Positions 35,201 through 47,890 of a stretch of 64,000 nt of DNA are shown piece after piece. The first letter of the stretch is position 1. Each line of letters opens with the position of its first letter. Position numbers and translations under genes: made by a program. Source of the stretch: Vicugna vicugna (Eukaryota). The stretch spans positions 2,335,520-2,399,519 of the forward strand of contig MU058844.1 in NCBI GenBank assembly GCA_013265495.1, given 5' to 3'. The notes under the pieces were generated by a model that had not been told where the DNA came from, searched no databases, and saw only the letters and a list, made by a program, of their open reading frames with translations.

Positions 35201-38200
35201 GAACCAGTTCTTATAGTCCCTGCCAAGATTCCCAAAGGGATAGTAAAAGATGTAAACCCATAGCGTCATCCTTTGTGTCCAATCCCTGGGCCTTCAACCC
35301 TGTGCACAGAGCGAGGAGACAAGTGCCAAGGTAAAGAGGCAAGTACAAACCCCTAACCCTAGCAAACAACTCAAATATTAAACCTGCATTCTATTCTGTG
35401 TACAACATAGTGAAAAGGTACTTATGAAACGTAACAATTTAGAAACATCTGCTTTAGTCTAAATCTCAGGTCTTTTAATGGTGGTGAGCTGGCCTTTACA
35501 GGAGGACTACAATGAGAATGACTTTTGCCTTCAGGTGTGCAGAGGAATGAATAGGTAAAATTGGTGGTGGTGGAAACAGCTAATACCATCCACACACTTA
35601 AATATCACAGATCTACTTTATCTCCTAACAAAAAACATTCAAAATCATATGCTCCTGTTTTAAAACATATCTATTCCTAAAGAACTATTTCCAAAGACTG
35701 AAAACCTCTCTTTAGGGTAAATTTTTTGTCACATAATCTACCTTCAATGAGACAAATACTCAGTACTCAAAGAAATCCAACAAGCAAGTGCTAACTATGA
35801 TGCCCTGGGGATCCAAAGATGAATAAGGCACATCCCCTGTCCTTACGAGACACATAATTTTCCTGTCCCATCTGTGGTATCTGTAGTATTATTCACTTTA
35901 TGTTTTTCTTTAAACCCAAATAATTTTTAACTTAGCTTTATCTTAAGTAATAATGCCTCCAAAGCTATGGGTTTCAAGTGCATCTTTACTTTTTCTATCC
36001 TACATTAAAATACACACACAATTATTACCATAAAATAGAAGACCATTAATGCCTCATCTAGCATCGCTCATATAGCACCAGTATTATACAAATAATGTTT
36101 AGTTAAACATGTATTTCTTCTATCCTATAATACCACTGAAAGAAACACAACTGACAGAGTAACATGATTTAGGGGAGCATAACAAAACATTACTATGTCA
36201 ATTATACAAATCAAATGTAAGGTGTAAATTCAGAAACTACAAAATGAAAAAAAACATACATTTTAGAATTAATGAAATACGGTGACAGAAGAGTGCATGG
36301 ACCAGATATAATAATACCACAAATGAGAGAATGGATTATTTTGAAATATTTTGAAAGCTACCATTTCAATTTTCAGGAGAAGTAAAAAGAAGAAAGAGTA
36401 ATTTTGAAATGGGAAATATGTAGTGCAGAGAAATCCTAGTTGATACCTTACCCTGGGGACTTTGAAGAGGCAAGAGAGCAGATAGAGAGTACTGGGTACA
36501 GATAAGTGTGTTTCAGAGTGTTGGGAAGGTGAAAAGGAAGTTTTATCCAAGACCTTGTAGGCCTGAATTCAAGAGCCAGTGATGAAAGTCACTGGCTGAT
36601 GAAAGTAGCACTGTGATGCTACTGACATCAGTCCAGTAGAACTGCTGAAGTTTGTCCTACAATTTATTAAGCCAGGGATCTGGTGGGTTCCAACTACATT
36701 TTCAGCGAAGGGAGAAGAAATATCTTCTTTCTTGCTCTTAAAATGGATTTTTAGGGTTTTTGCTGTTTATTTCATTTTTTTTTCTATTGGTTAAAATATT
36801 TGTGTCAATGGCATCAAAGTTACGTAGAGCAGTTAGGTCTGAATATGGTCCCAGATTATGAAATATCTGAAGAAAAATGGTCTAGAGATCATCCATTGTC
36901 CTTAAGATTTTATACCTAACTCAGAAGCTTGTCTAAATAACCATATCACCCATCTAATAATAAGTCTCTTGTTGTTTTGGTTTGGACTTGCTCTTCTATT
37001 TTAAGGTTTTTCCATTCAAAAAGTAATTTAGATGGTAAAAAACAGAAAAAAAAACACTGTGTTTTTCTATACACTGAAAATGTTAAGTAGTCTTTAAGCT
37101 AGAAGATGTTAGAAAAATCAAACACTTTAAAATTTACTGTTGGAGTGAAAATTGAACACATCTAAATAAAACAGAAATTCAAAGATCACAGATCAAAGAG
37201 CAGATTCTTATTTTTGTCTCAAACTTAAGCCAAGCCATTATTATAACTTCCAAAGTCCACTAAACTTATTTAAAGCTCTAATTTATTTTGCAGAATTTCA
37301 ATATGAATCATCTTTACTTCCATTTAGGAAAATACTTAGCAATCATTTTGAAAGGAAACGCAGAAATTCATTAACCATGTGTGTCGTGATGTTGAAGTAT
37401 ATAACATCCTTCTGACTTTCAAAGCTGAATGGCTTACCTATCAGTCACGTTACTCTATCCAGAAATGTGTATGTGATTCCAGCAGTACATGATTCTTGAT
37501 GACATTTAAAAACATTTGCTCATTTGACTTTCGTCCTGCCACAGGTGGCAGCAGCTGATTGTTGTTTGCTAACTTGGGCTACCCTTCCATCACTACAAAG
37601 CATGTAAAGCCAGCAAGAGTAGGACTTGACTTCTTGGTAACAAGAAGATAATCCAAGATATACAATATTTAGACTCTCAAAGCTTAAATATGAAATACTA
37701 AGTGAAATGTAATCAATTTGAAATCTTATAAAAATAATTTAGAATAATCTTAAAGTCAATATAACAATCTATAGGAAGGAAATCATTTAAGAGAACGTTA
37801 TTTAATGATGACTTTTTAAACCAAATTTTTTTTTCTCTGATGCATGAGGTTAAAGTCCTTGGATTATAAAACAGATCATTAAAAGAATATTTGGGTTTCA
37901 ACTATGTATGTATTAAATATGAAAAATCAAGACTAAAGAGTTGCTATTTTTTAGTTTGGTTAGTGGCAAAGTTTGCCTTTTTGTTGTTGTTTTTAGTCTT
38001 TGGTCAACTTGGACTTCATCTATATAATACATCAGAATTAAATCATCTTGACTATCTTAATCTTGGTAAAATGACATTGATTTTGTACATTTCAGAGTCA
38101 GAAGAAGACCTCTCCCACAGACTCCCTGATGTATTTATGTCCACTGATGCATTTTTTTTTAGTTTGTGATCTGTTTTCCTCTTCCTCACTTGTGGTATGG

Positions 38201-39299
38201 AATAATGAATTGTATCTCTGATATGCATTTACAATATTGTGGCTGATTTTCACTCATATGCAAAAAGCAATATAAATGGAGCTAAATATGGCTGGAAAGC
38301 AATACGATGTTGAAAGCAAGTAGTCAAAAGAATTTGTATGCAAGGCTGTTTCATTTATCCCCATCAATTTTCAGTGCAAATACGAATATGCAATCCAGTT
38401 AGCTCTACTATGAATATTCATGCTGGGTTGTCTGCATTTAGAATCGAAAGAACTATAAGCATATTTCACATAATGCTGCATTAACATATGTTTGTTTATA
38501 TAATTTTGTTTTTCTTTGAATAAAAATAAATAAGTGAATACATTACAAGACTGGCAAGCTGGGAAGAGTAATGGGGCCTCAGCAGAGGGCCTATAGTTCT
38601 CAAACCTAGTTGATGATCAGAATCATCCTCAAAACCATTAAAATTAAGAAATCCCATTTGTACGCACTGGGGAAGAACTACAGGACAGTAGTGATTTCTC
38701 TTTTCTGCTCCAGCCATCTCTTCCCAGTATGGACAAGACAGCTTCCAAACCCTGATAAGGTACATAAGGCTTCCTTTTCTCCATCAGTAAACTGATTCAG
38801 GTTGTCAGAATCTCACCATTCAGCCTTGTTGCATTTATCTTGACTGTTAAGTCACAGTGTCAGAGTAGTGTTGTCCCAACAAGCTGTACACAGAGAGTAG
38901 GTAAAGAGATGAACATGCAGTAATGAAGAATACTGGTGTCTGACAGACTTACAGTGCTAATGTACGAGCACTCTATGTTTCCTGTATTTGAAGAAATAAG
39001 GTATGCTTTTGCTTTCTATAACCTAAACACATTTCAATTCCATCTAAAAATCCCTTAATTTAGCTTTAATAATACGTTCCAAATTACTAAGATAAAATAA
39101 CTGTCTGGGGTATTCATCAGAAAATAATTCAGATGAAGTATCAGGACACTTGGAAATCAGAGAACAGCTGGCATAAAGTGATTCGACTGAATGGGAGAAT
39201 GTATTTCCTGTCTCACAGTCTTTCCTCTGTTTCTTTTTTACTTGCATTTTTGTTCTGGGCTTTCTCTTTCACCACCTCCAGTTTATTCATATGAATTAC

Positions 39300-40740
39300 T
39301 AAAAAACAGTCAAAACAAGAAGGACCCACACTACCTGATTTTAAGATATGTGATGAAGCTATAGTAATCAAGATAGCGTGGTATTGGTGAGAGGCTAGAC
39401 ATACTGATCAATGGAACTGAAGACAGCATCCAGAAATAAGCACCACCCCCCCACACACATAATGATCAACTGATTTTCAATAAAGATGCCAAGGTACAGG
39501 GGAGAGAGTAGTCTTTTCAGAATGATGCTTGAACAACTGGCTGTCTATAGGCAAAAAAGGTAATTTGAAATATATCATAAACCTACAGTAATAAAATAAA
39601 ACTAGAATGAAACATAAGAAAAATTCCTCGAAACACTGGGGTAAGCAAAGATTTCTTAAATAGAGAACAAAAATCACGAACTGCCAAATTCTTTTGGTAA
39701 AATTTAACTACACCAAATTAGAAAGAAAAAACCCCTTCTCTTCGAAATATCCTGTTAAGAAAGTAAAAAGCTACACAATATACTGAGATAAAGTACTTGC
39801 AAAACATGTTTGATAAAATACTTGTATTTAGTATATACAAAATTTTTTTAACTCAGAAAAAAAATCCCAATTTAAAGAAGAGCTTAAAGATTTGAAGAGT
39901 CACTTTACCAAAGATGAGATTTATATTTCATATAAATATGAAAATATGCCCAATATCACTAATCATTAAGGAAATGCAAATTGAAACCAAAACGTACTAC
40001 ATACCTACTGGAATGAGGTAAAATTAAAAAAAGAAAAACAGACAATCCTAATGCTGGATTGCTAAAGGTAAGGAGGGACTGGAGCTCTCATATGTCGCTA
40101 GTAGGAATGCAAAGTGGTCCAGGCACCTGGGAAAGCAGTCTGGTAGCTTTTTTATAAACTTAAACATACACTTACCAGATAATCCTGCAATAACACTCAC
40201 GTCTTTTTTTTGAAAGGGGGAAGAAAACGTATGTCTACACAAACACCTGTGTTGCATGTTTATTACATCTTTTTTCAGAATATCTAAAACTGGAAATAAC
40301 CCGTGTCCATCAAATGAGGAACAGCTAAACAAACTGTTACATGTATGTATAACAGAATATTACTCAGATAATAAAAAGAACAAACTAACACTGTACCCAG
40401 TAATACAATTAAATCTGCAAAGCATCATGTTAAGTCAAAGAAATTAGACTCAAAAAATCTCATATTTTATTTATGCAACATCTGAAGAAAGTAAAAGTAC
40501 AGTGGCTAAAATCAGATCAATAGTTTCCAGGAGGTGAAGTTAGAAGCAGAAGATTGATAACAAAGGGTCATGAGAGGATTTTTTTTGAGGTGATGGAAAT
40601 ATTCTATATTTGATTGTTGTGGTGGTTGTTATTAATACATTCACCAGAACTAACTGGATGCCACATTAAAAAAGGTGAATTTTAGTAAATTTGAATGTAT
40701 GTAAATTTAATCTCAGTAAAACTGACTAAAAAAATAAAAA
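39300..40740 (+). mobile_element. Old LINE-1 (L1ME/L1MB class), ORF2 3' part and 3'UTR
   Basis: CACACTACCTGATTTTAAG..CTATAGTAATCAAGA..GTGGTATTGG; TTAAGGAAATGCAAATTGAAACCA; 3'UTR GGTGATGGAAATATTCTATATTTGATTG; A-rich end. Confidence 0.88.
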
Positions 40741-41861
40741 GTGACCCAGAGAAGGAAAAAAAAAAAGTTTGAATCATTGTGGAACTAAATTCATAATAGA
40801 TACAATTTTAAATTTCTCTCTGTTACCAACGCATTCAAACAGACAACCAATAAAAATATAAAGCTGCAGTCTGGTTGGGATTGGAGGTGATTCCAGTGTA
40901 GCAATATTGCACAAGATCTAGTCTAATCTTGAACAAAACTTCTTCTGGAGGACTGTGGTGAGAAAAGATTGGTTGGCTTGCATTCTAGAATAATTCATGG
41001 GTAGCTATGAAACTTAACTCCTGTTCTTGCAGCTCACCCAGTCATATATGCAGTTTATTCCACTCATCTCCTGGCTATTTTATATTAAAATGAAATATAG
41101 AGGAGTAATAAGGAGGGCAGGGAATTTGAGTACACATTTTAGATGTTACATACTTGTTGTATAAATTGGAGATAAGTTCCTTACCATTTCTAAGTCTAGA
41201 AATTTCTCAACTATAAAATTAAAGTAAGTAGAATAATGCATGTGGAAGCATTTTGCAAACCACACAGCCCTATTCAAATACTATTAGTGTTAGTAGTCCA
41301 AAAGCTGCCCTTATGGAGTCCTGGAATCATTCTACTATATTCCACATTAGTGACAATCAGATTATTGTGTCAGTTTTCAGAAGTTTTTAAGATGATGAAA
41401 AGAATCTGGTGAATAATAAAAATGAGTCAAGCGATGAACAAGAGGCACTGTGAAGAAAGGTTAAAGTGGTGGGAGAGAGATAATCTGAAAGAAAACAATA
41501 ATTGGAATTGGTTCCATCATTGTTTTTCACACAAAGAATGGAGGTAAGCTGTTAGCTATCACCAGAGTCTTAAACAAAATGGAACAGACACACACTGACA
41601 AATTACAGAAAATATAATAAAGTTCAAGTAAACAAAAACTTCTTAAATATAATGGCAATTACATACTGGAATAGCCTTCAAGAGGAAGCTTTACTTTCTT
41701 GGAAACCATCAGGAAAATGATTTCAAATTCATATACCCTGTGAGTGGGTAGGCCAGGTCAGTTGGTGAGCTGTCTGCTTTGACAGTGAGCGCAAATATGT
41801 TTATTTACTAAGGGTAATTATGCAGAGCTCTCTGAGAGTTCAAGCTTGGCCCCATTTTCAC

Positions 41862-42043
41862 GGTTATTTCTCCTTGTCTGGTCTGTGGACTACTCCAATT
41901 AGAATCATTACTTTCTTGTTAACATTAGCAGATTTCTGGATGCCACCACACCAGCAATACTTAGATGCTCTGAGAGGCAGACACAAAGTCAAAATTTAAT
42001 AAGTACCTAAAGTGACTTTAATGCACAATAAGCATTGAGAACT
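41862..42043 (+). mobile_element. MER5-like hAT MITE
   Basis: TGGTCTGTGGAC..AGAATCA..CTTGTTAA..GCAGATTTCTGG..GTGACTTTAATGCACAATAAGCATTGAGAACTG. Confidence 0.55.
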
Positions 42044-42424
42044 GTTATTTTAAAAACATAAGCTAACAATCTGAGTCACTGCTCTATTCCTATAAAATTA
42101 TGTTAAATTTCCATGGTAATTCTCAGATGTCACCTGAGTTTTCTAGCTCCTACCTAGTTTCGTGAGCCTCCATAATACTTTAATTGGTAGGTAATATTTT
42201 CATACCTTTATGAGCAACTAATAAGTTTTACTTATTTACCATTTGGTTCTGTAATTGTCCAGTTGTAAGGGAGCAAAGAAACAATCTCTTCCTCCACTCC
42301 ACCAGCTGACACACATACTCTTTTCTATACATATATCCGGATGGCTTTTCTAAAGCAAGTGGGGGGAAAAATATTTAATAACTGCTTAAAAATTATTAAA
42401 AACATTACATATTTTCCTTAAGTA

Positions 42425-42670
42425 AGTCTATAGCTGGGCACAGGGGATTTTTATGGCAGTGAAAATATTCTGTATGGTACCATCATGAAGGATACACAGC
42501 ATCATACGTTTGTTAAAACCCACAGAATGTACTACACTAAGAGTGAACCCTAACATAAACTATGAGCTTTACTTGATAATACTGTATTAATACTTATCAA
42601 TTGTAAAAAATGCACCGCACTAATCAAGATGCTAGGAATAATAGGAATAAGAGAAACTGAGTGGGGAGAG
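42425..42670 (+). mobile_element. L1MC/L1MB-class 3'UTR fragment
   Basis: GGCAGTGAAAATATTCTGTATG..TTTGTTAAAACCCACAGAATGTAC..AGAGTGAACCCTAACATAAACTATG. Confidence 0.8.
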
Positions 42671-42673
42671 AGG

Positions 42674-42677
<4 letters not shown>

Positions 42678-42708
<31 letters not shown>
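42678..42708. repeat. (TG)15 microsatellite
   Basis: Directly visible. Confidence 0.98.
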
Positions 42709-42709
<1 letters not shown>

Positions 42710-42711
<2 letters not shown>

Positions 42712-42845
42712 GCCTGTGTCCTCCTCTCTCTTACAGATCCAAGAAGAGTTCTTGGTTTTTTTCAGTCTGTTCAATTTTTTCTTCATTGCTAGGATGGAGT
42801 GGCAACTTCCAAACTCCTTACATTTGGAGCTAAAACTCAGAAGTC
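42710..42845 (-). mobile_element. Extreme 5' end of an old L1M element
   Basis: Reverse complement GACTTCTGAG..ATGTAAGGAGTTTGGAAGTTGCCACTCCATCCTA..TGAACAGACTGAAAA..AACTCTTCTTGGATC resembles the L1MC-class 5' terminus. Confidence 0.7.
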
Positions 42846-43479
42846 TGAGTTGCATATTTTTGCCAATGTAATTACAAGACCCGAAGCTGCAAAAATAATT
42901 GAAATTAAAAACTGGCAGTCCTATGAGTTTATGACAAACAAGAATGATTCTTATTTTTAGATTATATATACTATATTGCTTAAAATTTTTCTCTGAATTA
43001 ATAATTTAATTTCTTAATTAATTTTTCTTTTACATTGAGATGCCAAGAATCAACATACAATTAGGGTGAAATAAGTATCACAGGCTTAAATGAATTTGTA
43101 TTTCTAGAAGAGGTAAAACATTAAGCCAAAAGGAATGAGACCATCCTCTTCTCTGACTCAGTCTTATAAAGAAAATAAAACTTGGTAAGTTTTTACTTCT
43201 GATTTAATATATTTGGGGAAAGTAGACCAATGAAGATGCTGGTCGGTGGAAGACAAAGACAGAAACACTGAGCTCTGCTGACAAACCAGTGCTGCTGTTG
43301 CTACATTCTGTCTGTCTGACTGGTGCCCTGAAATTCATTGTTTAGTATTTAGGCTTAGGCTTTTGCAGAAAGTTTCCCCCAATTTTTTGGTTAAGTTAGT
43401 TTTTTCTCTATCATATTCTATTCTTACACCCACCCACAGTGTCTGCTTCTGTGCCAGTCTCCTCCAAATCCCTGCCCTC

Positions 43480-43860
43480 GTGAAGCTTATTTTCTGGTGG
43501 GGGAAGACTAGCATAAAAATAGAATTAAAATGTAGAGGAAATATAGAATATGTAATACAGTCAAATGGCAGTAAGCACAATGACATGAAAGCCAAGGAAA
43601 AGGGATAGGCAGTATGTACGAGGTAGTATTCAATTTTGAAAGGTGACAATACCTCCTTTAAATGTGACGTTAGAAAAAATAACCTGAAAGTTGTGAGGAA
43701 GCAAACCCTGTGGATCTATGTTGGGAGAATATACCAGACTGAGGAAAGATCAAATGCACAGACCTTGAGACTACAGTTTGATGGGGATGTTCCAAAAAGA
43801 GCTGGAGGAGAGCCAGCCAAGGGCAGAGCGGTAGGACTGAAGTAAGAGAGGTAACAGGGG
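43480..43860 (-). mobile_element. L2 LINE fragment
   Basis: ATCCCTGCCCTCGTGAAGCTTAT..TGTGGATCTATGTTGGGAGAATATACCAGACTGAGGAAAG. Confidence 0.72.
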
Positions 43861-44174
43861 AGATTTAGTGAGGGGGCAGGCAGTTTGCATCAGATTTTAC
43901 CAACAGGTAAGGATAATTAACAAAACTGAAAACATTAGAAAAGAAGAAGGAAAATAAATATGTTATTTATTGCACATTCCCAGATAAAAGAAATTTTGTG
44001 AGCACATCTTCTTTCCCTACTAGATCTTGAGTATAGGTACTGAGCCCTACACATCTTTAATTCCTATAACAATGGGGTAATTACTTGCAAAGAATAAGCA
44101 CTGTGCAAATTCTGTTGAATAAATGAACACTTAATTGCAGCAACTGAGTGAATGAAATGCAAATAAATAAATAC

Positions 44175-44640
44175 ACAAAGAAACTGTCTTAAGCAGAGTG
44201 GGAACCTGTTGGCTTTTTTGGTTGAGAATCCCAAAATCTGAGTTTGCTTTGACACTACAAGAGCACCAGGACCTAATTTCTCTTCCTCTCCTATCAGCTC
44301 TGCTGTTTCCTGTGTTAACTTCATTCTCAAGTGTCACGTAGTGGAATGACACTGGGCATAGCTCCAGCATATGCACTTTTAGATATAAAACTATAGAAAA
44401 AATTGAAAAAGAGAGAAAGATTGAGACCGAGGGTAAAACTGATTTTCTCTTTCATCAATTAAGTCTTGGGCATGGTTCCTATTGGCCCAAATTGGGTGAA
44501 CTAGTCACTACAGCCAAGGAGAAGGGATATGATAATTGACTAGCTGGGCAATCAGAGCCCACTTCTAGAGCTAGTAGTTGCCTAAGAAAATTCAATTCGT
44601 ACTTTATGATAAGAAAGAATAGACTAAGAACAGTAAAAGA
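44175..44640 (-). mobile_element. MaLR LTR (MLT1J/K-like)
   Basis: TCAGCTCTGCTGTTTCCTGTGTTAACTTCATTCTCA; ATTGGCCCAAATTGGGT; CAATCAGAGCCCACTTCTAGAGCT. Confidence 0.6.
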
Positions 44641-45060
44641 GCAAGTGTTCACTTAAAAGAGGGATTTGTATTCTCTTCAATCTGTAGGTCTCAATTTTAT
44701 CTCCTGTGCAAGGCTAGATACTGTGAAATCACTGAGGACATGCTGGTCTTCCAAACTAATTCTAACATGAACTCTACTCATATATCAGCATGTTCCAGTG
44801 GTTAACAGAAAGTGATTATTATCTATCATTAATGACATAACATGCATAAAGATAAGAGTTTGAAATAATACATAAAATCCTTTTCTCCAATTTCAGGAAA
44901 AAGTAAATAATAAAGAATCTAGTTGTTGAGACTTGACTGTATTCCCATCTCCTTTGCATTCATCCACCTATTTTATGTCATTAGTTTTTGGACTTCCATG
45001 TGATATTTAATTAAAATCTTGATTTATTACTAAGATCTAGTGAGGACAGAATATGACCTA

Positions 45061-45637
45061 TGCATTAGTTTTCCATTGTTGCAAAAGAATTACCCCAAGA
45101 CTTAGTGGCTTAAATAACAAGCAGTTATCACACAGTTTCTGTCTGTAAAGAGTCTGACTTTGGCTTTGCTGGGTGTCTGGCCCACTCCAGGTTTTCTCAT
45201 GGTTCAGGGTTTTCACGGGACTGCAATCTCCAAGGTATCAGCTGGAGCGACAGTCATTGGTCACTTAAAGCCTCAACTGTGGGAAGATTTGCACCCAAAC
45301 TTATCCCCAGGGCAGTTGGCAGACCTAAGGTCATCACTGATTGACCACACAGATCAATTTCTTGACAAGTGGGCCTTTCCACAGAGTAGCTGGCAATGTG
45401 GTAGATGGCTTCCCCGAGGATGAGGGCTCTGAGAGAAAGTGAGCAAGAGACAATGTCCAAGACAGAATCCAGTCTTTGCAATTTAATATTGGAAGTGACA
45501 CCCTATGGCTTCTTCACTATTCTACTTGTGAGAAGAGTCACTAGGTCCAATCTGTACTTTTGAAAAAGGGATTATGTAAGGACATGGACGCCAGGAGGCA
45601 GGAATCATTGGAGGCCAGCTTAAGACTGCCTACCACA
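45061..45637 (-). mobile_element. MaLR solo LTR (MLT1F-like), full length
   Basis: Begins TGCATTAGTTTTCCATTG..TTACCCCAAGACTTAGTGGCTTAAA and ends CCAGGAGGCAGGAATCATTGGAGGCCAGCTTAAGACTGCCTACCACA (TG...CA). Confidence 0.88.
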
Positions 45638-47189
45638 ATCTGGACACCTTTTATCTCAAGCAATGAACAGAAGAAGGTACCCAATAAATACTTGTAAACT
45701 GGCAAGTGCTTCTTTAAAATTAATGATATCTCCATAGAGAAATAAAATCTTTTGCCAGAGTTCAACCTAACAACCTAATTTTAGAAAAAATCATACTTAT
45801 CTTCAGAAGATTTTGTATTATTTAGTATATTGATGACATCAAAATATTTTGACATGCCTTCAGAGACTTAAATGTAATTTTGATGCATGATGAGCAAAAT
45901 TAGGTGATATTTTATTTTAATTAAGATTATGTTAGTAAGTTTTTCCTTCTTAACTAATACTCTGATTTGAAATGCTTTAGTATATTTTTCTTAGTTTTAT
46001 TTTAGTCTTAAATTTTCTAACATTTGTAAAGCTTATACAAATATCACTGGCATTTACTTTGAGATTTTCTAGAATTCCTGTAAAACAGACTTTGATTTTT
46101 TATTTACATTAGAACTATAATCTGTAGAGAAAAATGACCCAGTGTTTACAAAATTAGAACTAGTTCATGGGTATATTTTCAAACCATGAATTTTTCAATT
46201 TGCTAATAAAAAGGTCACAAGACAGAAATATACCTATTTCTTCCAGTTTGTTTTCCTGTCTCAACAATCACTTTCTAAGCAGAATGACTGAGAAGAAAGA
46301 ACATAAGAAGTTGATAAATCCTGATTTTAATACCTATTAAATGTGATGTTGGGCAATAACTCTGAGTCCCTACATGCAAATCAGTAACAGACACAGCTCA
46401 CATAACTGTAAAGCCTGGATGATGGGAGGCATATGAAATGTCTTGTAAATTGCCAAGTGATATAGAAATGGAATTTATTCCTCTTAGGTAACAGAAAAGA
46501 CACAAAAACATAGATGAAAAATGTTCTTGATACTTGCTTTAATAAATTAGGATTTCTGGGTTGTAATAATTCCTATTTTTACCATTTATTGAATGCTTTC
46601 TCTGGAGCAGCTTTTGTGACAGAGAATATGAAGATGAAAAACACACAAACTTGTCCTTCATATAATTGAAAGTTTATGGATAAAAACTGTGGTACAACTA
46701 GACATTTAATAGAATTGAGGAAAGTTTCAAAGGTCTAAAATCAGATTGTCTTATTAAGTCTTAAATTAATACTTATAACCAAATCTTGTCATAAGCAAAT
46801 ATAAACTATTCCCAAATCAATTCTGAGGGTAATGACTAGAGAAAGAATACTTTTAAATTGCATCATTCTGCAGGTTTCATTTCTGGATGTAATAATGTTT
46901 TTCAGAGGCAGCAGTAATTTTACTTGGAACTCCTTGTGAATTCTTTGTAGATGTGTTATTTATGCAAGTAAATCTAGAAACTTAGAATGTTGACATTTTA
47001 AGACTCAATAATGAATTAAGAAAATTATTTCTTCCCAAATGTGATAAAAAATGACAGTGTTTTGTCATTCATCAAACACTTAACTTTTGCAGTTGTTTGG
47101 GTGGATGTTTCCTCAAACAGAAAATAACTCAACCATTTACTTAAATTATAATAATGTATCAACTGTAACAGTTTATTTTCATATCAACC

Positions 47190-47565
47190 TATATTAGTCA
47201 GCTTTGGCTGGGTAACAAACAACCCAGTAAATCAAAGTGGTTTACATAAACAAGTATCTATTTCTTTCTCATGTTGTATGAAGCCTGTAATTTGTCTGTT
47301 GCCTCTGCTATAGGTCTATGGATTTAACTGAAGGTTTTTCCCCTTAACATTTTATTCTGAGATCCAGTCTAAAGGAACAGCTTCTATCTAGTATATTCTA
47401 TTCTTGTGGCAGGAGCAAAAGCACAAGATAGACCAAGCAGAACTCGTCCGTTTCCATTAAAGCTTTTGTTCATTCATGGTATGCTGTCATATCCACTCAA
47501 AAGCCATTAATCAAAGTAAGTCACACAGGCAAGCCTGATACCACTGGGTAGGAAAGAAACAATAC
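47190..47565 (-). mobile_element. MaLR LTR (old MLT1)
   Basis: TATATTAGTCAGC..GTAACAAACAACCC..AGTGGTTTA; CCATTAATCAAAGTAAGTCACACAGGCAAGCCTGA. Confidence 0.7.
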
Positions 47566-47664
47566 CTTTTCACAAAATCAAAATCTAAAACAAAATCCTG
47601 TGTGTAGATACAGTAGAACTTATGTCCTCATTTTAAAGATGTACAAATTCAAACACACAGTTTA

Positions 47665-47890
47665 AGGGTCAGTGTGGCTTAGTAGTTGAGAACATGAGAT
47701 GTGAGTCAGATCTGAAGCTGATTCCTGGCTCTGTCACTTACTAGTTGCGTGATCTTTGGCAATGACCTCTTTATCTGTAAAACAGGGTGGTAATAACCAA
47801 TATTTCAGGATTGTTATTAATATTTAATCAGATAAAATACATGAAGAACCCAGCACAGTGTCTAGAACATAGCAATCACCTCCTAAATGC
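47665..47890 (+). mobile_element. MIR SINE (near full length)
   Basis: CAGTGTGGCTTAGTAGTTGAGAACATG..TCCTGGCTCTGTCACTTACTAGTTGCGTGATCTT..ATCTGTAAAACAGGG..AGCACAGTGTCTAG. Confidence 0.88.

Noticed and set aside
42550..42871. ORFs with THTHTH / CVCVCV runs (also 53967-54164)
   Set aside because: Translations of (TG)n microsatellites and L1 fragments.
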